Numbered from the stretch's first letter, positions 1 to 10,526 are shown. The stretch: 32,000 bases of DNA from Methanobacterium bryantii (GCF_002287175.1 NZ_LMVM01000023.1:149921-181920); one strand, 5' to 3'. A program made the numbers and translations. The notes: a model not told the origin generated them from the letters alone.

Positions 1-339
1 ATTATCCTGCTGAGTTTTATATTCGGACTTATTGTGCCTGCATTTGAAGAGCTTTTGTTTAGGGGATACCTTTGGAACAATATGCAGAATTCTCTTAAAG
101 GGAAACATTCAGGATTAATTACATGGATTACCATTACTATTCTATTTGGATTATGGCATATTGGATACATAGATGTATTTCTAATCCATCCAAAAGAGTT
201 TGCCCTGGTACCACTGTTAATAGGTAAGATAGAAGTTGGACTAATATTAGGGGCTGTTGTAGGTTTTATACGCCTTAAGACCAACAAAGTCTATGGATCT
301 TTCTTATTCCATGGATTCTGGAATATTTTTGCACCTTAA
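1..339 (+). CDS. CPBP family intramembrane metalloprotease, C-terminal part (gene begins before the window)
   Basis: Frame 1 is open from base 1 (IILLSFIFGLIVPAFEELLFRGYLW...); EExxxR motif (EELLFR) and later FGLWHIGY and FLFHGFWN motifs typical of CPBP/Abi proteases. Confidence 0.85.
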   Translation: MILLSFIFGLIVPAFEELLFRGYLWNNMQNSLKGKHSGLITWITITILFGLWHIGYIDVFLIHPKEFALVPLLIGKIEVGLILGAVVGFIRLKTNKVYGSFLFHGFWNIFAP

Positions 340-364
340 TAGATGAAAATTGGAGGTTTAAATT

Positions 365-1132
365 ATGAAACAGTTGAAGTTTATTTATGATATTTATGAG
401 TGGTACATATCCCGAAATCTCAAACCAGAAAACCTGCCCAAACATATAGCAATAATAATGGATGGTAATAGGAGATACACAAAAATAATGGGCAACATGG
501 AAGTTATAGACGGACATAAAAAGGGAGTGAGTACCCTTGAAAAAGTTATGGACTGGTCCATTGAACTGGGAATAGAAATTATCACTGTTTATGCATTTTC
601 CACGGAAAACTTCAAAAGGCCTCCCAAAGAAGTGGAGGGTTTAATGAAACTCTTCCAGAAAAATTTTGAAGATGTGGCGAAAAACCCTAAGATCCATAAA
701 AATGAAGTCCGAATTAAAGCAGTGGGTAATCTAAATTTACTCCCAGAATATGTCAGGGAAGCCATTAGAACTGCAGAGGAATCCACAGCCCACTACCACA
801 AAAAACATGTGAACTTTGCAATCGGTTATGACGGGCGTATGGAAATTATCGACGCTATAAAAAAGATTTCAAAGGAAGTAAAAGAGAATAAATTAGATAT
901 AAATGAAATAAACGAAGATATAGTTAATAGAAATTTGTATACCGCAGGTTTAGATGATCCCAACCTTATTATAAGGACAAGTGGGGAAGAAAGGCTCAGC
1001 GGGTTCCTATTGTGGCAATCTTCTTATTCGGAGTTATATTTCTGCGATAGTTTATGGCCAGAGCTTAGAAAAGTTGATTTTTTAAGAGCTCTCAGGTCGT
1101 ATCAAGAAAGAGAAAGGCGCTTTGGAATTTAA
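365..1132 (+). CDS. uppS: cis-prenyltransferase / polyprenyl (undecaprenyl-type) diphosphate synthase
   Basis: 255 aa with [23 protein letters not shown] and [26 protein letters not shown] signature motifs. Confidence 0.93.
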   Translation: MKQLKFIYDIYEWYISRNLKPENLPKHIAIIMDGNRRYTKIMGNMEVIDGHKKGVSTLEKVMDWSIELGIEIITVYAFSTENFKRPPKEVEGLMKLFQKNFEDVAKNPKIHKNEVRIKAVGNLNLLPEYVREAIRTAEESTAHYHKKHVNFAIGYDGRMEIIDAIKKISKEVKENKLDINEINEDIVNRNLYTAGLDDPNLIIRTSGEERLSGFLLWQSSYSELYFCDSLWPELRKVDFLRALRSYQERERRFGI

Positions 1133-1161
1133 ATACACATTCAAATAAAATTGAAGTTGAT

Positions 1162-1204
1162 GAAAATCGAAGATTTTCGAACATTAAAAATCAAAGATTT
1201 TTAA
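1162..1204. terminator. Two adjacent hairpins between/at convergent gene ends (possible bidirectional terminator)
   Basis: GAAAATC-GAA-GATTTTC (1162-1178) and TTAAAAATC-AAA-GATTTTTAA (1184-1204), between uppS (+) and the DUF116 gene (-), overlapping the stop of the latter. Confidence 0.6.
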
Positions 1205-1908
1205 AGTATTTTACGTTTAGGGCGTTCAACAACACATGAAGCACTTTTATTTGGCAGTACCATATTTTGAGGCGTTTCAATACCTATTTTATCAAGAACT
1301 GCCCTTATATCAACTTTAGTACAGACACACCCATCTTTCAGGAGAGGGACTCCCTGACACGGGACATGGGATAAATTCATCATTGCTAAATTCAAGTCTT
1401 GATGACATGCAACACCTAAAACGCCCTTAAATTCATGGTTTTGAGCAATCTTCTTCAAAAAGGTTGATCCAGGTATTATAAACACATCGTATCCTTCATT
1501 TTCCGCTTTATTTTTTAAAACACCTATCACGCATCGATTACAGTCAGTGCAGTGAAGGCCGGTAGAGTCCAGTTTGGCCTCACATCTTGGACTTCTTAAA
1601 CAATGGGGAAGTACTAAAATCTTATCTTTGTTATCTACATCATTAAAAGCCTTTTCATTAACTTTATTTCTTACTTCAACACCCATTTGATCCACAATTT
1701 TTTCATCTAAACCAACATTTCCTGCGAACTTTTTAAATAAGCCATAAAACACGTCTATTGTAAACAGAAGCAGCTTAGGAAAAATAAGGCGTTCCTGCTT
1801 TATAAGAATCCGTCCAAGGATAAGTGCTACCGATAGCAGACTTAAAATAAAAATACCTGCAATAAACACTATCTGTCCAAAAATGGTGTAAAATTCGTAA
1901 ATTGACAT
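1201..1908 (-). CDS. DUF116 domain-containing membrane-associated protein
   Basis: 235 aa: N-terminal TM segments then [31 protein letters not shown] and [11 protein letters not shown] cysteine-rich motifs characteristic of DUF116. Confidence 0.85.
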   Translation of the reverse strand: MSIYEFYTIFGQIVFIAGIFILSLLSVALILGRILIKQERLIFPKLLLFTIDVFYGLFKKFAGNVGLDEKIVDQMGVEVRNKVNEKAFNDVDNKDKILVLPHCLRSPRCEAKLDSTGLHCTDCNRCVIGVLKNKAENEGYDVFIIPGSTFLKKIAQNHEFKGVLGVACHQDLNLAMMNLSHVPCQGVPLLKDGCVCTKVDIRAVLDKIGIETPQNMVLPNKSASCVVERPKRKIL

Positions 1909-2001
1909 ATTGATCTAAATCTAAGTATTTTATGTTATATTAACCTAATGGTTATTAAAATTAGTTAAAAAAGAGTTATTTAGATTGATTATTCTTAATA
2001 T

Positions 2002-2487
2002 TCAAAATTTTTCAACTTTGAATTTTTTAACAGTTCCTTCAACTTCAACACCGCCTTTCGATGCTGTTATTTGTGTATCTGAAAGATCATCACATGCACA
2101 TAATATATCCTGTTCTGGATGAGTACCTGGAACTATATTACAACTTAAATTAATGTAGTTTCCTGCTGCTACAACCATCGGAAGCCTTCTGGAAGTTGGA
2201 TGATTTTCTGGAAGAACAGTAATTGGAAAATTCATTTCTCTAAGTAAATAAAGCATACTTCTTATTCCTTTTTCAGCTTTTTTACTATTTTCAAATGCAG
2301 AAACTGCAATTATATCCTCGGGTTCAAGAAAAGCAACTATCTCTTCTTTATCAGGCGTACCTATAAATATCTGCTTTTTTTCTCCAGCCTTTAATATGCC
2401 CAGTTCTCCAGATTCTCCGATTAAAAATAAAATTTCGTCTCCAGTTATTCTAATGCTTCTACGTTGTCTGACTGGCATGATGGACAT
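2002..2487 (-). CDS. Conserved hypothetical protein
   Basis: 161-aa ORF; start uncertain because it overlaps the 3' end of the upstream zinc-ribbon gene by 43 nt (MPVRQ... at 2478 is an alternative start). Confidence 0.7.
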   Translation of the reverse strand: MSIMPVRQRRSIRITGDEILFLIGESGELGILKAGEKKQIFIGTPDKEEIVAFLEPEDIIAVSAFENSKKAEKGIRSMLYLLREMNFPITVLPENHPTSRRLPMVVAAGNYINLSCNIVPGTHPEQDILCACDDLSDTQITASKGGVEVEGTVKKFKVEKF

Positions 2488-2579
2488 ACTACTCTTTTTC
2501 CAATTCCTTTAAACTCGTTTCCACAATCCCGGCATCGATATCTTTTTGTTTTAAGCTTTTTCAGTTTAATATCTGCCAT
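2445..2579 (-). CDS. Small zinc-ribbon protein (44 aa), not in the ORF track
   Basis: Read directly: MADIKLKKLKTKRYRCRDCGNEFKGIGKRVVCPSCQSDNVEALE*, two CxxC pairs; GGAGG-like sequence upstream. Confidence 0.8.
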   Translation of the reverse strand: MADIKLKKLKTKRYRCRDCGNEFKGIGKRVVCPSCQSDNVEALE

Positions 2580-2730
2580 TGGTCCTCCAACTGTACACAT
2601 ATTATCACCAATTCTGCTTATGTAATCAGTATTATTTATTCTTTATGATGTAAATTTTAATAAAGAAGTTCAAATTAATAGTGATTTAAAAACTATTATG
2701 TCCATGATCCCCTGTTTATATGTCATATAT

Positions 2731-2896
2731 TGAAAAATCTAGGATTTTTCACATTAAAATAAAAATTTTCAATCTTTACATATTTACAAAAATATGTTCT
2801 GTGAACTGGAAAACACGAAGTGTTTGCGGTTGAAAATCTTCGATTTTAAACCGGAAAAATTTTCTATTTTTCTGTCACAAAACCTTTGGTTTTGTG
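2731..2896. repeat. Tandem array of short hairpins (array A)
   Basis: TGAAAAATC-TAG-GATTTTTCA (2731-2751); ACATATTT-ACAA-AAATATGT (2778-2797); AAACAC-GAA-GTGTTT (2811-2825); GGTTgAAAATC-TTC-GATTTTaAACC (2828-2852); GAAAAAT-TTCT-ATTTTTC (2854-2871); TCACAAAACC-TTT-GGTTTTGTGA (2874-2896). Confidence 0.8.
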
Positions 2897-2927
2897 AACA
2901 TGCAAACCTGAGCGTAAATAAATGTTG

Positions 2928-3728
2928 TTATTTACACTTCAGTAATCGGACAATTATCACAGGAGGTATTTCATACCAATCAAATTTATGTGAATTATCC
3001 TTACATTGAAAGACAGGTTCAGCGAATCCATTAATAACAAATCCTGCTTTAAAACACGTTTTGAACAACTGTGATAATGGTCTGTGATAATATAATTGAG
3101 GTACAGGCTGGTTTACAATTCCTATTCCTTCATGAACGCGAGGATTAATATATTCAAATAAATGAACACCCTTTCTTACACAAATTTCATTACCCGCGTC
3201 CTCTGTTTCCACAACCGTTCTCATAGAAGGAGATTGAAAACAAGGATGCATTATTGAAAATACAAATATTCCATTTATTTTAAGTAATTCATATACCATA
3301 TCCAGAAGTGGAACGACGTCAGCAATATCCATAATTGCCATATTGGACACTGCTTTATCAAATTCGCCAAAATTTTTCAATTTCATTAGTTCTTCATAGT
3401 TTGTTGCGTCAATAACTAAAAAATCTATCTTATTTAGATAATCAAAACAGCGTTTTTGTGCATTTTCAATCATTTTACTGCTATAATCAAATGCAGTCAC
3501 TTTAGCTCCAAGTTCAACTAACCTTTTTGAAAAATTTCCATTACCACAGGCTATATCCAGAACTTTATCTTCAGGACTAATAGAAAGAAGTCTTTCTGTT
3601 TCTGGCCTTATAATTTCTCTATGAAACTGATTACTGTACTCTCCCATCTTATTATCCCAAAAATCTGCGTTTTTCTCCCATCTCTTTTTGCTTTCATCAA
3701 CAGTATCTGCCCAGTTGCTCATATTCAC
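2928..3728 (-). CDS. Class I SAM-dependent methyltransferase
   Basis: 266 aa; VLDIACGNGNFSKRLVELGAKVTAFDYSSKMIENA motif I region, MAIMDIADV...VFSIMHPCF typical methyltransferase. Confidence 0.88.
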   Translation of the reverse strand: MNMSNWADTVDESKKRWEKNADFWDNKMGEYSNQFHREIIRPETERLLSISPEDKVLDIACGNGNFSKRLVELGAKVTAFDYSSKMIENAQKRCFDYLNKIDFLVIDATNYEELMKLKNFGEFDKAVSNMAIMDIADVVPLLDMVYELLKINGIFVFSIMHPCFQSPSMRTVVETEDAGNEICVRKGVHLFEYINPRVHEGIGIVNQPVPQLYYHRPLSQLFKTCFKAGFVINGFAEPVFQCKDNSHKFDWYEIPPVIIVRLLKCK

Positions 3729-3948
3729 ATCCCCAAATAAATTATCAATAGATACACCCCATATCTATTGATAGCCTTTCCCTAACTCTTATCAAACTAC
3801 ATTATTTTATTTTCCTTAAATTTCTAGATAACCGCCAGTTATTGGTTAAAATAATATTATTGATAATATATTTATGGATCAAATTTATAGTATTAATACT
3901 AACAAAAGTTCTAATTTAATAAATTAAAATTATTTCACAATAGAAACG

Positions 3949-6096
3949 GTGAGACTATTGAAAAACCTTATTTTTCCATTTTCGGCAATTGTAGGTCAGG
4001 AAAACGTGAAAAAAGCGCTTATACTAAACGCCATAAATCCGGGGATCGGTGGGGTCCTTATCAAAGGAGATAAGGGTACCGGTAAAACTACTGCAGTAAG
4101 GGCGCTTGCAGATCTTTTACCCTCGCTTAAAGTTGTAAAAGGATGCCCATTTAACTGTGATCCTGATGATGAGGAATCTGCATGCAATACATGCAAATCA
4201 GACAATGCAGAAATTGAAGAGAAGAAAATGAGAGTAGTAGAACTTCCACTCGGTTCTACAGAAGACCGCGTAGTTGGATCAATAAACATTGAAAAAGCAT
4301 TAAAAGAAGGTACTCGGGCTTTAGAGCCAGGAATACTGGCAGAAGCCAATAGAAATATACTTTATATTGATGAAATTAACCTTCTTGACGATAATTTAGT
4401 AGATGTCCTGTTAGACGCTGCTGCATATGGAATAAATATTGTAGAAAGGGAGGGGATCTCAGTATCACATCCCTCCAGATTTATACTGGTTGGAACAATG
4501 AACCCTGCTGAAGGTGAGCTCAGACCACAGCTTTCTGATAGAATTGGCCTGCACATCATAGTGCACAGTATCATGGACATAGAAGACCGTGTTGAAATAA
4601 TGGCAAGAAGAGAAGAATTTGAAAGAGATCCCACTGCTTTTAAAAGAAAATTCAGTACATCACAAAAAGAGATACTGGATGATATCTTAAATGCTAGAGC
4701 ATTACTCAAGGATGTTAAAATTTCTCCAGAACTAATGAAAATAATAGCACATGTATGTGTTGACATGGGCGTTGATGGCCACAGGGCAGATATTGCAATA
4801 CTTAAAACATCAAAAACTATTGCTGCTTACAATAAGCATTTAAAAGTTGATTATAATGATGTCGAAGAAGCTGTGATGCTTGTACTTGGAGAAAGACTTC
4901 AAAAATCTTATGATCAAAAAAAGATTAAACAAAAGCTTGAAAAAGCAATTTCAGATACAGAAGATGAACAAAAAGAAGATGAAGATCAAACCCAAGAAGA
5001 GCAAGATAATAGTGAAGGAGATTCTGAAACTGCAGAAAATCAGGACGAAAAAGCCTCTGATGATGAAAATCAATCCCAAGAAGGGCAAAATGAAGATGAT
5101 AGTGGTTTAAAACCTGAAACTGAAGAAAATCAAGAAGAAGTCAATGATGAGGAAGATCAACCCCCTGAAGAGCATGGCAATGTAAACGTTACCCCCCATC
5201 CTACTGAGCAGCCTGAAGATCCTGAAAAAGAAAAAAAAGGAATCATTTTGAAAAGTATTGAAGAAGAAGGAACTCCTGTAGATTCTGATGACGACGAAGT
5301 CGATATTAAAAAGCTCCTTAAAATGAAAGGTAAAAAAAAGAACAGGTTGTATGGAAAACGGGTCGATTCAAAAACTCAAAAAGGGAAGTACATAAAAAGT
5401 AAAATTCCTAAAAATGTTTCAAATGATATAGCAATAGATGCAACTTTAAGGGCAGCTGCCATTAAATCAAACGGCAGCATTAATGTTAAAAATGAACATA
5501 TACGCCACAAGGTTAGAAAACATGGCGCAAAAGCATCAATAGCTCTTGTGGTAGATATAAGCGGATCTATGTTTTCACAAAGGAAAGCAAATAAGATTAA
5601 AGGTATTTTAAATCAATTGATTGAAGATATAAACCACCATAATGATAAAATAAGTGTTATTGGATTTAAAGGTCAGGAAGCTGAAGTTATAATCCCAACA
5701 ACAAGAAGAGCTTCCTCATTTAAAGAACAAGTTGATAATATACGTGTTGGAGGCACCACTCCCCTTGCAGCAGGCCTTAAAAAAGGGTTAGAGCTTCTTA
5801 AAAAGGAAAAATTTAAAGAGGAGTTCGTCCCCATGATGATTGTACTAACAGACGGCATGCCGAATGTAGGCATCAACGACAGGCCTGCAGAAGATGCCCT
5901 GAAAATTGCTGCAGACTTAAAAGAAAATGAGATACATACTATCATTGTTAATTTTGAGAGATCAGTTAAATACGGGCGAGATATGAATATGGAACTTGCA
6001 CTGGCATCTGGCGGCCGTTATTATGATTTAGAAGATATCAAAGACACAAAATGTGTTGTATCACAGATTGTTGAGCAGGAAAGATCCGTTTTATAA
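3949..6096 (+). CDS. Magnesium/cobalt-chelatase-like AAA+ ATPase with C-terminal VWA domain (BchI/BchD-type fusion)
   Basis: 715 aa from a GTG start; Walker [10 protein letters not shown], Walker [12 protein letters not shown], acidic/Gln-rich linker ~330-440, VWA MIDAS-like DISGSMFSQ. Confidence 0.88.
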   Translation: MRLLKNLIFPFSAIVGQENVKKALILNAINPGIGGVLIKGDKGTGKTTAVRALADLLPSLKVVKGCPFNCDPDDEESACNTCKSDNAEIEEKKMRVVELPLGSTEDRVVGSINIEKALKEGTRALEPGILAEANRNILYIDEINLLDDNLVDVLLDAAAYGINIVEREGISVSHPSRFILVGTMNPAEGELRPQLSDRIGLHIIVHSIMDIEDRVEIMARREEFERDPTAFKRKFSTSQKEILDDILNARALLKDVKISPELMKIIAHVCVDMGVDGHRADIAILKTSKTIAAYNKHLKVDYNDVEEAVMLVLGERLQKSYDQKKIKQKLEKAISDTEDEQKEDEDQTQEEQDNSEGDSETAENQDEKASDDENQSQEGQNEDDSGLKPETEENQEEVNDEEDQPPEEHGNVNVTPHPTEQPEDPEKEKKGIILKSIEEEGTPVDSDDDEVDIKKLLKMKGKKKNRLYGKRVDSKTQKGKYIKSKIPKNVSNDIAIDATLRAAAIKSNGSINVKNEHIRHKVRKHGAKASIALVVDISGSMFSQRKANKIKGILNQLIEDINHHNDKISVIGFKGQEAEVIIPTTRRASSFKEQVDNIRVGGTTPLAAGLKKGLELLKKEKFKEEFVPMMIVLTDGMPNVGINDRPAEDALKIAADLKENEIHTIIVNFERSVKYGRDMNMELALASGGRYYDLEDIKDTKCVVSQIVEQERSVL

Positions 6097-6189
6097 ATGT
6101 ACAACTGTAAAGAACTTATATAGACATCATAGATACAGCATCTGCGTTATAATGCCAGTTTATTCATTTTTAACTTATTTTCCTTTGAA

Positions 6190-6489
6190 AGTGTAATTTT
6201 CAAGGGTTCCAGCCATTCCATTTCTGCTCCACCTCCAGTTCACATCTATGCGCAATGGAAATATAATCATATAGCCTGTTTTCTTTTATTCTACTTACCA
6301 TTCCCGACATTTTACATATCTCATCATACACGAGGAAAAGTATTTTACTTCCTTTACTCCAGCCGCCAACATAATGTGAATCTGGAATGAACACATCCGT
6401 CCATTTTTCATAAGTATCCTATCGAGCATGGTCTTCCAAACCTTTTCTTTTGGTGCATCTATGACAATTGAAAAATGCATTTTCTCCAT
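6190..6489 (-). pseudogene. Decayed SRPBCC (AHSA1-like) domain protein, frameshifted
   Basis: MEKMHFSIVIDAPKEKVWKTMLD is followed in another frame by TYEKWTDVFIPDSHYVGGWSKGSKILFL...MSGMVSRIKENR; frameshift near 6412-6418; reading frame broken again near 6200-6240. Confidence 0.8.
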
Positions 6490-6518
6490 TATTTTTCCTC
6501 CATTTAAATATCCAAATT

Positions 6519-7049
6519 CTATTTTTGCATCTTTTCCAACAGCTCATCAAGGCGATTATACGAATCATTAACTCCTTCTTCCATTCCAGACTGGAGCATT
6601 CCATCACGATCTTCAATTGTCAGAAAGACAGATTGAGATGTCATCTTTGTTCTGCCGCCAGTTAACGTCTCAAATATAGTCTTTTCAAGGATAACATGAC
6701 CAGTTTCTGGAAGTCCTTCAAATTCAAATGTGCCAATGATTCTTTCTGGAGCTTTAACTTCATGATTTACTCCATGAAATGCAAATTCATTCCCTTCAGG
6801 ATCCTTTTGAATATATCGCCAGGACCCTCCGTTTTTCGATTCAAATATTTCAAGATTAGTTTCAAGTTCCCTTGGCCCAATCCACTGCACATAAAGATCT
6901 GGATCTGTGTATGCTTTAAAAACAAGTTCCCGCGGCGCATTAAACTCCATTATAATAAAAATTTCCTGTTTTCCAGGTTCTGCAGTAATTTTTGTTTTAT
7001 TATTCGCCATTTTTTCAGCTCTTATACCAATTCCTTTCTCATTTAACAT
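6519..7049 (-). CDS. SRPBCC / AHSA1-family protein
   Basis: 176 aa; [26 protein letters not shown]...[42 protein letters not shown]. Likely start at MANNKTK (7010). Confidence 0.88.
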   Translation of the reverse strand: MLNEKGIGIRAEKMANNKTKITAEPGKQEIFIIMEFNAPRELVFKAYTDPDLYVQWIGPRELETNLEIFESKNGGSWRYIQKDPEGNEFAFHGVNHEVKAPERIIGTFEFEGLPETGHVILEKTIFETLTGGRTKMTSQSVFLTIEDRDGMLQSGMEEGVNDSYNRLDELLEKMQK

Positions 7050-7056
7050 TCCAATT

Positions 7057-7590
7057 TTAACTTTTCGCCAGAAGTTCGGCGAGTTTATCTAATGATTCAT
7101 TCCAGCCCTGCTGCATATCATTTAATTCAGTCTCACTGAGCCCTTTAATATCCGAATGTTTCACAATTAGCTTAGTTTTGTTATCTTGTTCTTCAAATGT
7201 TACTGTGATCGACATTTCCCGTGGAAAATCTGCACCCATTCCATAATACGTCGCTGAAACAGTGTTGCCTTCCTTATCTGCGAAAGAATCAGTCATTACC
7301 AGCCGTTCCGGTTCGACTATCTCCAGGTAAACCCCCTTACTGCAGAAATCTTGCCCGTCAGGTGCCCTCATGCAGCTGAAGTATTCACCTCCCTTTCGGA
7401 GATCTATCTTAGAGATAGGTGTTGTAAAGTCTTTTGGCCCCCACCACTGCATGAACATGTCAGGATCCGTCCATGCTTTCCATACAACTTCACGCGGCGC
7501 ATCTAAATCACATGTGAGAACTAATTCTTTTTCATCTGCCATTTGTTTCAACTCCTTTTTTTGCTCGCTATCTACAAACTTAATAATCAA
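7057..7590 (-). CDS. SRPBCC / AHSA1-family protein
   Basis: 177 aa; [30 protein letters not shown]...[20 protein letters not shown]. Likely start at MADEKEL (7542). Confidence 0.88.
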   Translation of the reverse strand: MIIKFVDSEQKKELKQMADEKELVLTCDLDAPREVVWKAWTDPDMFMQWWGPKDFTTPISKIDLRKGGEYFSCMRAPDGQDFCSKGVYLEIVEPERLVMTDSFADKEGNTVSATYYGMGADFPREMSITVTFEEQDNKTKLIVKHSDIKGLSETELNDMQQGWNESLDKLAELLAKS

Positions 7591-7785
7591 TTAAAGTCAT
7601 ATAGTAATAATAAGTACTTCAAAAATTATAAACTTATCTTAAATCAAAATTAGACCATTTATTTAGAGAATTAATTAATGGTAAATTTAATATAACAAAA
7701 AATCATAACTAGTAATGTCTTTTGTTTTTGAATTCAAACTGAAAAAATAATAATGGCTCTAAGCTAAAATAATATTAAATGTGTT

Positions 7786-8298
7786 TTGAAAATGAAAATC
7801 GTTGTTTATCATGCAGAAGAGTGCGACAGGAAAAAATGTACTACAGTTAAACTTGGAAAACAGGGAAAAGTTAAAGTAGTCACAAAATTAAATCAATTAC
7901 CTACCGGTGCAATTGTTTTAGATCCTTACTCCCCAAAATCATTATCTGTTGAAGACAGGGAGACAGTGATGGAAAAAGGGCTTGTAGGACTTGATTGCTC
8001 CTGGAAAAGGTTAAATAAAGTTCCTTATAGAATAAAAACAGGTAAAAACAGCAGATCACTGCCTTTCATGATTGCTGCAAATCCCACCAATTATGGAAAG
8101 CCATGTATATTATCTACTGCTGAAGCAATTGCAGCAAGTTTTTATATAATTGGATTTAAAGATATAGCTACCGATATTATGTCGGGGTTCAAGTGGGGAC
8201 CGCATTTTCTAACGCTCAATGAAGAGCTTTTAGAAAGTTATTCTAAAGCTAAAAGCAGTTTAGAAGTTGTAGAAATTCAAAATGAATATATAAGTTAA
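7786..8298 (+). CDS. tsr3: DUF367 / Tsr3-type 16S/18S rRNA aminocarboxypropyltransferase
   Basis: 170 aa; IVVYHAEECDRKKCTTVKLGK, GLVGLDCSWKR, RSLPFMIAANPTNYGKPCILSTAEAIAA; likely start at MKIVVYHA (7792). Confidence 0.9.
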   Translation: MKMKIVVYHAEECDRKKCTTVKLGKQGKVKVVTKLNQLPTGAIVLDPYSPKSLSVEDRETVMEKGLVGLDCSWKRLNKVPYRIKTGKNSRSLPFMIAANPTNYGKPCILSTAEAIAASFYIIGFKDIATDIMSGFKWGPHFLTLNEELLESYSKAKSSLEVVEIQNEYIS

Positions 8299-8391
8299 AA
8301 ATATATTTATATAAAGAATTGACTAAAAGACGAGTATAATCAAGAACTCAATTTTAAACTGTGTTAAAACAGATGATAAAGGAGGCTAATA

Positions 8392-8538
8392 ATGGCTAGA
8401 TTTGAAGAAGCAGAAAATAGAATATTCAATATCAAAATATGCTTAAAATGTAACGCAAGAAACCCACCAACTGCAAAAGTATGCAGGAAGTGCGGATACA
8501 AAGGTCTAAGACCAAAAGCTAAAGAACCAAGGGGATAA
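8392..8538 (+). CDS. 50S ribosomal protein L40e (48 aa), not in the ORF track
   Basis: Read directly: [48 protein letters not shown]; Cys4 zinc finger of L40e; GGAGG upstream. Confidence 0.95.
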   Translation: MARFEEAENRIFNIKICLKCNARNPPTAKVCRKCGYKGLRPKAKEPRG

Positions 8539-8621
8539 ATAAATTCCTTAAAGTTCAATTTGGGAGAGTATAACCTCCCATTTATATTTATAATATCCAT
8601 TTAACTTAATTAACTATTTTC

Positions 8622-9371
8622 TTGATGATGCTAATGAATGTCGAAAATTACATTAGAACTACACTTGAGGATCATAAATTACATTTAACACTTTTAGATC
8701 CAGAAGAGCAGAACCCTGAAGAAGCTGTCAGAATAGCTAAAGAAGCAATTGCAGGAGGCAGTGATGGCATAATGCTCGGCGGATCCACAACAGAGCCTGA
8801 AGAACTCGATGCAACTGCAAAAGCGCTGCGTGAAAATGTCGACGTCCCAGTTATTCTTTTTCCAGGTAATATAAGCGGTGTAAGCAAACATGCAGATGCC
8901 ATATTTTTTATGAGTCTTCTAAATTCAACGAATCCCTACTGGATAATAGGTGCTCAAGCGTTAGCAGCTCCAGGTATTAAAAAAATGGGGATGGAAATCC
9001 TTTCTATGGGTTATCTTGTTGTTGAACCGGGCGGAACTGTTGGATGGGTTGGAGATGCTAAATTAATTCCAAGGAACAAGCCAGATCTGGCAGTAGCATA
9101 TGCAATGGCTGCAGAATTCTTTGGAATGAAATTAATCTATCTTGAAGCTGGTTCTGGAGCTAATGAACATATTCCTGAACAGATGATTGCAGGGGTCAAA
9201 AAAATGACTGACATAATTGTAATTGTAGGTGGAGGAATACGCGACGGAGAAACCGCTGCAAAAATTGCAAAAGCAGGTGCAGATATTGTCGTGACTGGAA
9301 CTGTAGTTGAAAATAGTTCTAATGTTAAAGATAAAATTGAAGAGCTGGTTAGTGGAATTAAATCAGCTTAA
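8622..9371 (+). CDS. Geranylgeranylglyceryl phosphate synthase
   Basis: 249 aa; HLTLLDPEEQNPEEA, GGSDGIMLGGSTT, YLEAGSGANEHIPEQMI, VGGGIRDGETAAKIAKAGADIVVTGTVVE. Confidence 0.93.
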   Translation: MMMLMNVENYIRTTLEDHKLHLTLLDPEEQNPEEAVRIAKEAIAGGSDGIMLGGSTTEPEELDATAKALRENVDVPVILFPGNISGVSKHADAIFFMSLLNSTNPYWIIGAQALAAPGIKKMGMEILSMGYLVVEPGGTVGWVGDAKLIPRNKPDLAVAYAMAAEFFGMKLIYLEAGSGANEHIPEQMIAGVKKMTDIIVIVGGGIRDGETAAKIAKAGADIVVTGTVVENSSNVKDKIEELVSGIKSA

Positions 9372-9596
9372 AATTATTCATTTTTTATATAAATATGCTT
9401 TTTTTCATTTAATTCTTACTTTAATTTAATATTTATTGATTATCAACTATTTATATGGTTTATTATTTTTGATTATTTAAATATGTCAATATAAGAAATT
9501 ATATCATGTAAAAATCCAATATTATCTATTACTTATATTCTATTTTAAAGAGAATTTCAAATAGAAATAAATAATTTAAATAATATAATAAAAACG

Positions 9597-10295
9597 GTGA
9601 AAATCATGGCAGAAAGCACTTGCGAAGTAGAAGGATATGATATGATATCTAAAGAACTTAAAGAAAGACTCGGTTTAGACAAATCTCCAGTAGCAATAAA
9701 ATTCGTTTTAAGGGAAGAAGACATTCCAGAGGGAATAGAAAAAATAGACGAAAACATAAGGCACTGCGAAATGGTCCAAAGGGCAGCTCAGGGCGCCATG
9801 TTCTATGCAACAAACGATGAGCAGATGTGTAAAGGTGGAGCATCTGCTATTGGACTTATGGAAGCTCCAGAGAAGATAAAAACAGGTGAATTTTACCAGA
9901 GCCTTGGAAGGTTCTCCAGCCTTGGAGCTGCAAAGCGTACACTCGAGGAAATACCAAAAATAGACCCTATGATGAAAGCTGTAATCTACGCGCCTTTAGA
10001 AGACATTAAATATAGTCCAGATGTAATTGTAATAATATGTACACCTGTTCAAGCAATGAAACTTGCTCAAGCTATGGTCTATACTCGTGGAGGTAAAGTA
10101 GAAGCAAGCTTTTCAGGAATTCAATCTATATGTGCTGATGCTGTGGCCGGTCCGTTCACTAAAAATACCGCAAATATAACCATGGGATGCAGCGGTTCAA
10201 GGGGATATGCAGATATAAAAGAAGATGAGGTAATTGTCGGTATGAACGGTGAGAATATAGGGTGCGTTGTAAATGCACTTGTATCCATGAAATAA
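9597..10295 (+). CDS. DUF169 domain-containing protein
   Basis: 232 aa; SPVAIKF, GRFSSLGAAKRTLEEIP, AVAGPFTKNTANITMGCSGSRGYADI; likely ATG start at 9606. Confidence 0.85.
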   Translation: MKIMAESTCEVEGYDMISKELKERLGLDKSPVAIKFVLREEDIPEGIEKIDENIRHCEMVQRAAQGAMFYATNDEQMCKGGASAIGLMEAPEKIKTGEFYQSLGRFSSLGAAKRTLEEIPKIDPMMKAVIYAPLEDIKYSPDVIVIICTPVQAMKLAQAMVYTRGGKVEASFSGIQSICADAVAGPFTKNTANITMGCSGSRGYADIKEDEVIVGMNGENIGCVVNALVSMK

Positions 10296-10325
10296 TAACT
10301 GATAAATAGGTTAAAGGGGGATTAG

Positions 10326-10526
10326 ATGGCCGAAACAAAAATATTTGAAATATTGGATGAGGCTAAAGAACTGGATGCAAAAATAGCAAAATATAAAGAT
10401 GTGGCAGATCAGGACATGATGATGGTCTGGATGGACAACATACTGAAACTGGTAACCAAGCTTGGAAAAGCAGAGGAAGAACTGCAGGAACGATTTGAGA
10501 TGTTAGAAGACAGTTTAGAAAAATAA
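10326..10526 (+). CDS. Small hypothetical protein (66 aa), coiled-coil-like
   Basis: ATG start 30 nt after the DUF169 stop with an upstream RBS-like AGGGGG; MAETKIFEILDEAKELDAKIAKYKD.... charged helical composition. Confidence 0.65.
   Translation: MAETKIFEILDEAKELDAKIAKYKDVADQDMMMVWMDNILKLVTKLGKAEEELQERFEMLEDSLEK

Noticed and set aside
2794-3009. ORF 71 aa on + strand
   Set aside because: It runs through hairpin array A and the 3' end of the methyltransferase gene on the opposite strand; no protein-like features or family resemblance.
4362-4766. Long antisense ORFs inside the chelatase-like gene (also 3996-4349 and 5673-5945)
   Set aside because: Shadow ORFs on the opposite strand of a well supported gene; low-complexity Ser/Ile-rich products.
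4880-5110. ORF 76 aa on + strand within the chelatase-like gene
   Set aside because: Lys-rich product is the shifted frame of the acidic, GAA/GAT-rich linker of the 715-aa protein.
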